Shown here piece after piece: positions 10,767-22,600 of a DNA stretch of 64,000 bases. Position numbers and translations under genes: made by a program. The notes beneath the pieces are model-generated. The model was not told where the DNA came from. It did not search any database and saw only the letters and a list, made by a program, of their open reading frames with translations. This stretch comes from Macrostomum lignano (Eukaryota): positions 1 through 64,000 of the forward strand of contig NIVC01001585.1 of NCBI GenBank assembly GCA_002269645.1, in the 5' to 3' direction. Every line of letters starts with the position of its first letter. The first letter of the stretch is position 1.

Positions 10767-11550
10767 TGCGCGGCTCAGCGTGCTTGGCTACGCCGACGAT
10801 CTCGCCCTCCTTTCCTCGACCGTCGAGGGCGCCCAGCGCCAGCTGGACCGGCTGGTAAGCGTTGCGGCGTCGGCCTGGTGGTCAACACGCAGAAGACCGT
10901 TGTGCTCTGCGTGCCGGACGACATTGAGGCTGCAATTTTCTGCCGAGGCGCAGACGCGCAGGTGACGAGGCTTCCGCGATGTCAGCAGTTCGTCTATCTC
11001 GGCGGTCTGGTACCTGACGTTCGTGAGGACCTGCGACTTTGCTGTGGACTTGCCTGGGCTGCCTTCCTTTTCGAGGAAGTCCAAGGCCCTACCTGACCGC
11101 CAGAGGGCGGCGTTGTTCCAGGCGGTGATCGAAACCGTACTGTTGTACAACGCCGAGACCTGGGCCCTGTCTGATTCACTCGAACAGCAGGTCGATGCGG
11201 CGCACGCTGGACTGCTGCGCGCCGCTTCAAGATCGGCTACGAGCGAGTCACCATTGCGGCACTCTATCGCCGCACCAGCCTGTCCCGTCCCAGCGAAATG
11301 TTGCGCCATCGACGACTCCAGCTGGCAAAGCCATTCTATCCGAGCCGAGTCGTACTGCCCACAGCCGGTGCAGGAAGTGCTTTTGCTCACGCTGCAGGAA
11401 CCTTACCGGCGGGGGCAGGCCCGCACTTGGCGTTTCGTCGACTGCCTGTTGGCTGATGCCGGCGGTGCGGCCTACGTTCGCGCCCAGGCCCTGAAACGCG
11501 CCCTGTGACATTGTCCCACGCTTGACTATCTGACGTATTTTTTGTTTTTG
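10767..11550 (+). mobile_element. RTE-like non-LTR fragment, copy 2
   Basis: YADD RT motif and the same downstream motifs as 4180-4980, with different frameshifts. Confidence 0.85.
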
Positions 11551-12999
11551 TTGTCGCTCTAGTTGATTGGCTCAGCCGTTTTTTGTGGCTACGTACGAGT
11601 GTAAGTCCCAGTTGTTGTCGTCCGTTTTTGGAAGGTTTTACTGGTTGGACGCGTCGTACGCCCGTCGCACCTCAACTGGCACGCGTGCCAGAGGCATTAG
11701 AGAATCACTCGAGCTGTCTGGTCCTAGCCGACTCTGCGTCGTACGTCAGTAGGTTGGGTGACCGCGGTGCTGCTTTGGACCATAAGTTTGGTACTTGCAT
11801 GTTAATTTGGTAGCATGTTAATTTGGTAGCATTCTGTCAGTGATATCTGCTTAAGTTGTTATGTGAAGGCCTGGTGTGGATTGGCTGGGCCGGGCAGCTG
11901 GCTCAGTTTTTCCTCACCCCCGCCGCGGTGTGATTGGCTGGCGTGGGGCAGGGCCTGTCGGGAGGGTTGTGGGGGTTGGTGGGCTCGGGGTTTGCAGCCT
12001 CTCCCCCCCCCCGCGTGCGCTAGCCATTTAAGGTAGTCTGGGCGTCGTCACTCGCCTCTCTATACCTAGTTTGGCTTTCGGTGCTGTCCTGTGATTGGTT
12101 TTCTCTCGCCGTAAGGACATTTTCCTATGGAAAAGATCCAATTCAAAGAGACGTATTGAAAGGAGCTAGGAAAGTTGGATGCGTTCCTCTGTCTTCCTTC
12201 TTTTGGTTGCCAAAAGGGGGCAACTAAGGCTTCGTGTGTCCTGACGCCTACTTACTGTAGTTTAGGCTACCTGGCGTCCTGATGCAGGTATGATCCGCAT
12301 AGGAACATCCTGACAACCGACAAGCAAGGTGCACCCGTACCCTGTACACCCTACCGTATTATATAGGCCCGAGGTGTAGGGATAACATCATTATTTTTTA
12401 CTGTTTCAGTGTATATCTTTTTTATCGTTTGCAGTACGAGCCAGTTTGTGTGGTAGTCATTTCAATAGTATTGTAACAATTTTTTAATAATAGTAATATT
12501 CTACAATTTAGTGTTTAAAATAAATTTGTTATACTGTATGATTTGTTTTAATGCGATTGATTTTTGTTAACTATGCTAGACTTTATTGGACCATAGGCGC
12601 GATCCAATAGGTAGCCAACTTAAATTAGTATTTATACAGAGGAGCGCAAGGAGAAAATTCTTTCACGGGTTTTAACCTTTTCTTAATCAGTTCTGAATCT
12701 GTAGTCTTATCTTAATCATTCTTCTAAAAGGAGTGTTTGTCGATAGAACAGTAATTGCAAAGAAAAACTCGTTTTGTTGCAGAGAAAAAGGCGTTCTTTC
12801 TGCAGTGAAACAATTGGTGTTTAACTGCTTTACACGTGTTGCAGAGTGAAGTAAAGGGGCAACTTGCCCTGTGCCAAGTGAAAAGCTATGGGGGGGGAGT
12901 CCCCTGGAAATGAAGAAAGCCGGGAACCTCTCGATCATTGATAACGCCGTTTTGGGACTTGACGCCTACAACAACTTGGTGTCAGCTTGTGTGCAGCAC

Positions 13000-13270
13000 A
13001 CAAGGGCGCGAATACGTACGCAGTCATACGCACAGGCACTCACTCACACAGGAGTGTACAGCGGCCCTAACTTTATTTATCGTTAGGCATGTACACTTCA
13101 CTGTGCCTTGGGGGTTGGCCCTTAAGCTGGGAATTACGAGCGTAATTGCACGAGCAGAGCCAAGCCAAGATTCCTATTTAGCCTCAAAATTAATGTGTCT
13201 GTACTTGGAATCGAGCCTGGACCGCTGGCACATCAGAGCGCCTCGCCAGACCACTGGTCTACACCCCCAT
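13000..13270 (-). mobile_element. tRNA-derived SINE family 2, duplicated copy
   Basis: Paralogous to 6410-6690. Confidence 0.75.
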
Positions 13271-13454
13271 GTTCTCTACATGTAAAAATGCAGCCTCAAT
13301 CTCATTGGACGAGCTTTTCTAGATCGAGTATAACAAACTCTGGGATTGGTGAGTGCATAAAAAGCGATGATCTGCTCCTAAATATTAGAAATTCGTTATT
13401 GAGTTTTGTGCTACGATTTCAAAAGCAAGATTAGCAAAATTTTAAAGTCTCGAA

Positions 13455-14225
13455 ATGAAGATCCTCAACAAATTCCTGGCAATCCTGCTCGAGCTGCAGT
13501 GCCTACTGATCTCGGTGACAGCTGGCAGCAGCCGGTGCTCATCGCAGCAGGCATTCACAGCCGTGAACGCCAGCCTGTGCATCGGCAGCGAGTTCACGGA
13601 GACGCCCCTGGGCAGCAGCGCGGCAGCATTGGAAGTCCTGTGCTCGTTGCTCTGCGCCAGCAGGCCCCGCTGCCAGGCCTTCAGCTTGGCCCGCGGCCCC
13701 TGCCAGCTGTTCGTGTTCGACAGGTGCAGCAAAGGCGTGCGGGACTGCAGCGCCAGCTGCTCGGCCTCCGGTCGGGTCTTCGTGAAGCAGCGGCCGGGCC
13801 TGCCGCCTGGAAAACTTTGCCCGCCTGAGTTCGATTCCCAGCGGTGCGGGGTTCGCTACCGGCTGGTGAACGGCGCGGCTGGCTGGCAGAGGGGCCGGCA
13901 GGTCTGCGCCAACCAGACCGGCCTCGTCATCATGGCCGACGTGCTGGACGCTGAGGAGCTGCGCTTCATCAGCTCCCAGTTCAGCGGCCTGAACATCTGG
14001 CTCGGCGGCCACCAGGAAGAGGGAAGTCCCGAGCCGGGCGGAGGGTGGCGGTGGCTGGACTGCGGTCTGGAGTTCGATCCCAGCCTGTGGGCTGCAGCTG
14101 AACCAAATGACGGTGGAAATGCCGAGAAGTACATTCTCCGCTACTCGGGCACGGCTGGTCTGGTAGACGCACCAGAAACGCTGTCTTTCCCAACGAATGC
14201 CCTGCGAGTGCTTCTCGCCGTTTGA
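13455..14225 (+). CDS. Secreted PAN/Apple + C-type lectin, copy 2 (256 aa; C-terminus altered by a 2-nt deletion)
   Basis: Intronless ORF with signal peptide MKILNKFLAILLELQCLLISVTAG, PAN-like module and CTLD with EPN. Ends NALRVLLAV where copy 1 ends NALCECVSPFE. Confidence 0.8.
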   Translation: MKILNKFLAILLELQCLLISVTAGSSRCSSQQAFTAVNASLCIGSEFTETPLGSSAAALEVLCSLLCASRPRCQAFSLARGPCQLFVFDRCSKGVRDCSASCSASGRVFVKQRPGLPPGKLCPPEFDSQRCGVRYRLVNGAAGWQRGRQVCANQTGLVIMADVLDAEELRFISSQFSGLNIWLGGHQEEGSPEPGGGWRWLDCGLEFDPSLWAAAEPNDGGNAEKYILRYSGTAGLVDAPETLSFPTNALRVLLAV

Positions 14226-14970
14226 ATGACGTGTGCTTGTCATTAGTGATACTCGAGTTCAACTGCTATAAAAATCGCTACGTGGGAATAGTGAAGTCCT
14301 CGTGTGATGCCCCGATATCGCGGAGTTAATGGGTTTTCCTGAACAAAACTGAAAAAAATGTTTTTAGATGATTCGTGTCCCAGGAAACACCCACAAGTGC
14401 TTCACGTGGCGCATCGATGCGCAAAAAATTGAACGAACGAGTGGCAGTCAATTGGATAATAAAAACCCCTTTTTGCCCACTTTATATCTGTCAATTTAAT
14501 GGCTTCGTTGCTCATGGCTACTAAAAGTAAGGCTAGAAAGATAAGTGATACTTATGCCATAAAACAACAGCAATGATCTGTTAGTGAGCTGTTTAACAGG
14601 GAGTTTGAATTTTTTGGTCCTCCTTTTAAATAGCATTGGAATTTGAAGTACACGCATCTCGCAGCACGACGTTTTATGTAGAAAAAATATTTCTTTTGCT
14701 TTTAGTTGGCACAAAACCGTACCAGTAGTACACGAACAAGAATGTATCCTGTACAATACATATAACACGTTTGTATCTGGATGCATGCAATTTCAGTATA
14801 TAGATTTGTGGTTCGATTTTCAACTTCAAATAGCAGACATCCTTCGCCTCATTCTGTTCGATGAAGTAATCGATTCTTTGATCGCGGTATTCTGCTGGCT
14901 CTGATTGTCTTCTTCACCGGGCTGCTCTGTTAAATCGCCGTTGCTCAGTCGTCTCTAAAATTGCGAATGA

Positions 14971-15885
14971 TCAGGGGCAGTGAATTCGGCACATCAATGG
15001 GTTGTACTGCAGAGAAACATTACAATTTAAAGCATTATTTACCCCTTGGTTGAGCAGTGTTTTTAGTAGAGGAGACTTTTCAAATAGGAATAAACGTTCG
15101 GTTAGCTTCAGGACTTTTTCCTGCAGTTGCCCGACCGAATTATTCATTTCTTTTAGTTCGGAGTCCTTTTGCTGCAGCTCCTGTTGGAAGCGCTGCACCG
15201 TGAGCTCGAGGTGCCCGTCGGTACCCGAGCAGTAGTGCTCATCCAGCTGCGACATTGCCATGTTCGTCTGACACCCGATGCTCTGTCGGTACTTGCAGTC
15301 GCTCGGTCTCTCCGGACACGTCATCAGGTGCTCCTGGAACTCCGAGCGGTCCAGCCTGCTGCTCGAGTCGCTGCAGTGAGGACACGGAGCTCGGAACTCG
15401 GAGCAGCAGTGAGGAGACCGCAGATCCGTGTGGCAGCCGTTCATCTCGAACTGACGGACTCGCTCCGAGCAGCGGTCGCACGTGACGATCTCGAACTGGC
15501 ACTCGTCGGTCAGATGAGAGTCCAGCTGCCTCAAGGTGAGCTGCTTCTCACAGCCGGACTCTTCGTTCGAGCATCGGACTTCAAGTTCGAGCACGTCCTT
15601 TCGTGTTGCAATGTCGGGGAAGCAGTCGGCCTGACTCACGAAGTGCTCAACAAGTCTCGCACGGTCTCTGCAGCTGTCTAGCGAATGAATGCAGGGACAG
15701 ACTCGATCGCTGGATTGCAGCAGCTCGGTGCTGAAGCACCGCTGGCACAGGCGGCATCCGTGCGGAGTCTGGTAGCAGTTGACGAGCAGCTCTGAGCAGC
15801 CGCTGCACTTAAAGCGGTCCGGAATTGGCTCGTTTTGAATTTCGGTGGAAGTGAAATTGCTGCGAACTAAAAAAGCAGACTCCAT
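14971..15885 (-). CDS. TRAF-like RING/zinc-finger protein, copy B2
   Basis: Paralog of B1. ATG at 15885 (MESAFLVRS) aligns with the B1 start (MEQALVRS). Confidence 0.85.
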   Translation of the reverse strand: MESAFLVRSNFTSTEIQNEPIPDRFKCSGCSELLVNCYQTPHGCRLCQRCFSTELLQSSDRVCPCIHSLDSCRDRARLVEHFVSQADCFPDIATRKDVLELEVRCSNEESGCEKQLTLRQLDSHLTDECQFEIVTCDRCSERVRQFEMNGCHTDLRSPHCCSEFRAPCPHCSDSSSRLDRSEFQEHLMTCPERPSDCKYRQSIGCQTNMAMSQLDEHYCSGTDGHLELTVQRFQQELQQKDSELKEMNNSVGQLQEKVLKLTERLFLFEKSPLLKTLLNQGVNNALNCNVSLQYNPLMCRIHCP

Positions 15886-16533
15886 TACTTTGCTGGTTTC
15901 TTTCGAATTGCAACTTTCAATTCGCGGCTGCTGCAATTATTGTCTATATGAATATATCAGCACACAGCAGCTCGCACATTCGCCAACCTAAACAATCACT
16001 AGTGACTATATAGCAAAAGTAGGTACTACCGTATTCGGAGTGTTTACAAGTGTCTACAACAACCCCAGTGAATTGAAGTTGTTTATGCGCAATTACAATA
16101 AAGCTATAGACTAAAGAGGTTACGGCTACTGTAGCCTGCAGTGAATGATTGTACACTCGTTTCTAAAAGCGTACTCGATCTCTCTTACCTTGCAAATGCT
16201 ATTTACGGCAATTACACTGCAATGTTATCAATTCAACAGAATGGTCATACAGCTCGACCTGCACACCGACAATTAATTTACGCACGTGACGCGTCTTGTC
16301 TTACTTTAGTTTAAAGCTACACGCGGATGCAAAAACAGCTAGGCTTATAGCCGTCTGTACAACAGATGGTTAGGAATCAAGTGCTGGTTAATTAGTTTAA
16401 TTTGAGTATCAATGACTCTTAAAATTTTGACTGTTGTATCCGATGTCGCCTTCTGGACATTCGAAATACAGCATGGATGCGTTCTGTCCGATATGTGCAC
16501 TCGCAAGTTCATTAAGCAATTTGAACTAATCAT

Positions 16534-16840
16534 AATATTAATAATAATTGATTACACCTGCCTCAATTGGGCCAGATGTGCAACCGACAGCTCAGCCGCA
16601 GCTATTGCGCGGCGCATCGGAAGGCTGCGTACGGCTGTTCTGTCCAAGGACTGGGGGGTCGCCACACACAGCCTCAATTACCCCAGCTAATGCTGGCACC
16701 CATTTTACAGCTGGGTGAACTGAAGCAATGCAGAGTTAAGTGTCTTTCTCAAGGACACAAATTGTTCCGGGTGGGTCAGGAATCGAACCTCCGGACCTTC
16801 AAGTCGTGAGTCCGACGCCCCAACCATAAGCTACACCCCC
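16534..16840 (-). mobile_element. tRNA-derived SINE family 1 (CORE-like body), full length, with a 10-bp TSD
   Basis: Head GGTGTAGCTTATGG...GGTTCGATTCC, AT-rich tail, TSD AACTAATCAT at 16524-16533 and 16841-16850. The element is absent at the paralogous site near 9940. Confidence 0.9.
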
Positions 16841-17499
16841 AACTAATCATGCAAAGTTCTAGCGAGATTTTCAGCTACTCCAATCATTTTATCCATGCCG
16901 GAGCCTTATTTTAGCGCTATACAAAAGCAAACCTATGCCGAAGTCACTCTTCAAAAAAACTTTTTTTTCTAACTTTTTCTTGGCAAACCTGCGAGTGCAG
17001 TTGCCGAATGAAACGAATACTTGGTTGGTTTACAATTCGGATGTCCAAAAGGTGCCACATGGTAAGCTTCATCGTAAAGCTGACAAAAAACTTAAAGCCT
17101 GCTGTTTTGATCACAATTATTTGTCCATGCTGAAAGTGTGATTAAGCAAATTAAGTAAATTTATATATGGAAAAAAGAGCGTATAGGCTACTAGATAACA
17201 GTAGTACCGTAGATGGGTCTAATGCGATATCTGTAAATAATCTTTAGTAATATTTACACTGACCTATGGGCCAGATAAGATGAAAACTAAACACATCGTC
17301 CTAATTTGGCCATCTCGGTTTGGGGCGATTTTGGAATGCAGTTAGAATGCCAAGTCTGCACTGGCTGGATAGGACCAAACTAATATAAAAGTATAATATC
17401 ATTCAGCTCCGCACCTCGACTGATTTTTTGAGCACTAATTTTAAAACTATGAACTTATTTTTTGCTTTTTTGTTTCAATCACGATAGTTATAGCAACAA

Positions 17500-18550
17500 T
17501 CAGGCCGGAACACATCAGGCTCATACACATCAGGCTCATACACATCAGGCTCATACACATCAGGCTCATACACATCAGGCTCATACACATCAGGCTCATA
17601 CACATCAGGCTCATACACATCAGGTCATAGACATCATGCTGATACACATCAGGCTCATACAAATCAGGCTCATACACATCAGGTCATACACATCAGGTCA
17701 TAGACATCAGGTCATAGACATCATGCTGATACACATCAGGCTCATACAAATCAGGCTCATACACATCAGGCTCATACAAATCAGGCTCATACACATCAGG
17801 TCATACACATCAGGCTCATACAAATCAGGCTCATACACATCAGGTCATAGACATCATGCTGATACACATCAGGCTCATACAAATCAGGCTCATACACATC
17901 AGGTCATACACATCAGGCTCATACAAATCAGGCTCATACAAATCAGGTCATACACATCAGGCTCATACACATCAGGCTCATACACATCAGGCTCATACAA
18001 ATCAGGTCATACACATCAGGTCATAGACATCATGCTGATACACATCAGGCTCATACAAATCAGGCTCATACACATCAGGCTCATACAAATCAGGCTCATA
18101 CACATCAGGTCATACACATCAGGCTCATACAAATCAGGCTCATACACATCAGGTCATAGACATCATGCTGATACACATCAGGCTCATACAAATCAGGCTC
18201 ATACACATCAGGTCATACACATCAGGCTCATACAAATCAGGCTCATACAAATCAGGTCATACACATCAGGCTCATACACATCAGGCTCATACACATCAGG
18301 CTCATACAAATCAGGCTCATACACATCAGGTCATACACATCAGGCTCATACACATCAGGTCATACACATCAGGCTCATGCACATCATGCTGATACAAATC
18401 AGGCTCATGCACATCAGGCTCATACAAATCAGGCTCATACACATCAGGCTCATACACATCAGGCTCATACACATCAGGCTCATACACATCAGGCTCATAC
18501 AAATCAGGCTCATACACATCAGGCTCATACAAATCAGGCTCATGCACATC
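17500..18550 (+). repeat. 15-nt minisatellite (CAGGCTCATACACAT)n
   Basis: Read directly from the sequence. Confidence 0.95.
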
Positions 18551-18789
18551 AACTGGTACACATTAGTGTGGGCAGTGTACATCTGCCTCCCTCTCTCTCT
18601 CCCTCGCTCACTTAGTCCGGCGCTATCACTGCCCCGTACAAGTACGTACAGCCAACCACCCACTTCAATAATATATTTATTACGCAATTAGTCATAGCCA
18701 AATATAAGTCGGCCCTGCTAAGTGCAAGCGGCCCTTAAGTTATTCTTCATGCCTGCCTAGCATTATATCGCGGCATTAACTTTTCTACT

Positions 18790-19035
18790 ATTAGGTTGGT
18801 ACACATTAGGTTGGTACACATTAGGTTGGTACACATTAGGTTGGTGCACATTAGGCTGGTACACATTAGGTTGGTGCACATTAGGTTGGTACACATTAGG
18901 CTGGTACACATTAGGCTGGTACACATTAGGCTGGTACACATTAGGCTGGTACACATTAGGCTGGTACACATTAGGTTGGTGCACATTAGGTTGGTACACA
19001 TTAGGCTGGTACACATTAGGTTGGTACACATCAGG
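18790..19035 (+). repeat. 15-nt minisatellite (TAGGYTGGTACACAT)n
   Basis: Read directly from the sequence. Confidence 0.95.
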
Positions 19036-19624
19036 CAAACACGTGGGGATTTCTGACAAAAACTCTTGGACTATATGCGTCGATATCTTCATAACTATTT
19101 TATTTAATAAACAGCATATTCTGCTGAAGCCAGCACAGTTAAAGTTATAGTGAGTTCCTGTTTTCGCCGCGGCACGAGAGAATGACCGCACTCGAAGTTG
19201 AAATCGCGAGTAGCGAGTGCTTCAGCTTCCTGCATCCAAACTTTCTTCCTCTATAGAAAGGATTCGGATAGGCTTACTGGAGAGAACAGTCAGCTTATTT
19301 GTGCTGTGATCGGCTCCCTGCACGCAAGTCAAGCGAGTCAGAGAACTTTTCAGTTGGATGGCTGTACTTAGTAAGGGTAAGCCAGAGACTTTCCCAACAG
19401 CAAGGATAGTAGCAAGACTGACAATTTTTACAAGTTACAAGTCGCATTATCGTCTGTCTCAAGCACTCGTGTCACACAGTTTTTTTTCTTATCTTTCAAA
19501 AGAATAAATCCAACAAATATTCCTGTTCAGTAGTTTCGCTATGGGGTGGCTGGGCCAGGTTCTGGCTGATTGAAGGGGCGTGCAGTGCAATGTCTCTGGG
19601 CCTTGTCTTTGCAGGAGTCTGGTG

Positions 19625-22600
19625 TCTCTTTCAATAAGCTTTGGCGTCCCTCTGAATCAGCTTTGATGTCCCTTTGAATCAGCTTTAATGTCCCTCTGAA
19701 TCAGCTTTGATGTCCCTTTCAATTAGCTTTGATGTCCCTCTGAATCAGCTTTAATGTCCCTTTCAATCAGCTTTGACGTCCCTTTCAATCAGCTTTGATG
19801 TCCCTTTCAATCAGCTTTGATGTTCCTTTCAATCAGCTTTGATGTCCCTTTCAATCAGCTTTGACGTCCCTTTCAATCAGCTTTGACGTCCCTTTCAATC
19901 AGCTTTGACGTCCCTTTCAATCAGCTTTGACGTCCCTTTCAATCAGCTTTGACGTCCCTTTCAATCAGCTTTGACGTCCCTCTGAATCAGCTTTGACGTC
20001 CCTTTCAATAAGCTTTGGCGTCCCTCTGAATCAGCTTTGACGTCCCTTTCAATAAGCTTTGACGTCCCTTTCAATCAGCTTTGGCGTCCCTCTGAATCAG
20101 CTTTGACGTCCCTTTCAATAAGCTTTGACGTCCCTTTCAATAAGCTTTGGCGTCCCTCTGAATCAGCTTTGACGTCCCTTTCAATCAGCTTTGACGTCCC
20201 TTTCAATCAGCTTTGACGTCCCTCTGAATCAGCTTTGATGTCCCTTTCAATTAGCTTTGATGTCCCTCTGAATCAGCTTTAATGTCCCTTTCAATCAGCT
20301 TTGACGTCCCTTTCAATCAGCTTTGATGTCCCTTTCAATCAGCTTTGACGTCCCTTTCAATCAGCTTTGACGTCCCTTTCAATCAGCTTTGGCGTCCCTC
20401 TGAATCAGCTTTGACGTCCCGTTCAATAAGCTTTGACGTCCCTTTCAATAAGCTTTGGCGTCCCTCTGAATCAGCTTTGACGTCCCTTTCAATCAGCTTT
20501 GACGTCCCTTTCAATCAGCTTTTGCGTCCCTCTGAATCAGCTTTGACGTCCCTTTCAATAAGCTTTGACGTCCCTTTCAATAAGCTTTGGCGTCCCTCTG
20601 AATCAGCTTTGACGTCCCTTTCAATCAGCTTTGACGTCCCTTTCAATAAGCTTTGGCGTCCCTCTGAATCAGCTTTGACGTCCCTTTCAATAAGCTTTGG
20701 CGTCCCTCTGAATCAGCTTTGACGTCCCTTTCAATCAGCTTTGACTTCCCTTTCAATCAGCTTTGACGTCCCTTTCAATCAGCTTTGACGTCCCTTTCAA
20801 TAAGCTTTGGCGTCCCTCTGAATCAGCTTTGATGTCCCTTTGAATCAGCTTTAATGTCCCTCTGAATCAGCTTTGATGTCCCTTTCAATAAGCTTTGGCG
20901 TCCCTCTGAATCAGCTTTGATGTCCCTCTGAATCAGCTTTGATGTCCCTTTCAATTAGCTTTGACGTCCCTTTCAATCAGCTTTGACGTCCCTTTCAATA
21001 AGCTTTGGCGTCCCTCTGAATCAGCTTTGATGTCCCTTTGAATCAGCTTTAATGTCCCTTTCAATAAGCTTTGGCGTCCCTTTCAATAAGCTTTGGCGTC
21101 CCTTTCAATAAGCTTTGGCGTCCCTCTGAATCAGCTTTGATGTCCCTTTCAATCAGCTTTAATGTCCCTCTGAATCAGCTTTGATGTCCCTCTGAATCAG
21201 CTTTGATGTCCCTTTCAATCAGCTTTAATGTCCCTCTGAATCAGCTTTGACGTCCCTTTCAATCAGCTTTGACTTCCCTTTCAATCAGCTTTGACGTCCC
21301 TTTCAATCAGCTTTGACGTCCCTTTCAATAAGCTTTGGCGTCCCTCTGAATCAGCTTTGATGTCCCTTTGAATCAGCTTTAATGTCCCTCTGAATCAGCT
21401 TTGATGTCCCTTTCAATAAGCTTTGGCGTCCCTCTGAATCAGCTTTGATGTCCCTCTGAATCAGCTTTGATGTCCCTTTCAATTAGCTTTGACGTCCCTT
21501 TCAATCAGCTTTGACGTCCCTTTCAATAAGCTTTGGCGTCCCTCTGAATCAGCTTTGATGTCCCTTTGAATCAGCTTTAATGTCCCTTTCAATAAGCTTT
21601 GGCGTCCCTTTCAATAAGCTTTGGCGTCCCTTTCAATAAGCTTTGGCGTCCCTCTGAATCAGCTTTGATGTCCCTTTCAATCAGCTTTAATGTCCCTCTG
21701 AATCAGCTTTGATGTCCCTCTGAATCAGCTTTGATGTCCCTTTCAATCAGCTTTAATGTCCCTCTGAATCAGCTTTGATGTCCCTCTGAATCAGCTTTGA
21801 TGTCCCTCTGAATCAGCTTTGATGTCCCTTTCAATCAGCTTTGACGTCCCTTTCAATAAGCTTTGGCGTCCCTCTGAATCAGCTTTGATGTCCCTTTCAA
21901 TCAGCTTTAATGTCCCTCTGAATCAGCTTTGATGTCCCTTTCAATTAGCTTTGATGTCCCTCTGAATCAGCTTTAATGTCCCTTTCAATCAGCTTTGACG
22001 TCCCTTTCAATCAGCTTTGATGTCCCTTTCAATCAGCTTTGACGTCCCTTTCAATCAGCTTTAATGTCCCTTTCAATCAGCTTTGACGTCCCTTTCAATC
22101 AGCTTTGATGTCCCTTTCAATCAGCTTTGACGTCCCTTTCAATCAGCTTTGATGTTCCTTTCAATCAGCTTTGATGTTCCTTTCAATCAGCTTTGACGTC
22201 CCTTTCAATCAGCTTTGACGTCCCTTTCAATAAGCTTTGATGTTCCTTTCAATCAGCTTTGACGTCCCTTTCAATCAGCTTTGACGTCCCTTTCAATCAG
22301 CTTTGACGTCCCTTTCAATCAGCTTTGACGTCCCTCTGAATCAGCTTTGACGTCCCTTTCAATCAGCTTTGACGTCCCTTTCAATCAGCTTTGGCGTCCC
22401 TCTGAATCAGCTTTGACGTCCCTCTGAATCAGCTTTGACGTCCCTTTCAATAAGCTTTGGCGTCCCTCTGAATCAGCTTTGACGTCCCTTTCAATCAGCT
22501 TTGACGTCCCTTTCAATCAGCTTTGGCGTCCCTCTGAATCAGCTTTGACGTCCCTTTCAATCAGCTTTGACGTCCCTTTCAATCAGCTTTGACGTCCCTT

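Larger units (their letters stand above)
10405..16900 (+). repeat. Tandem segmental duplication unit B
   Basis: Collinear with 3835-10000; carries an extra SINE at 16534-16840. Confidence 0.9.

Noticed and set aside
17447-19191. His/Ile-rich 409-aa ORF and neighbouring ORFs
   Set aside because: Products of the 15-nt arrays.
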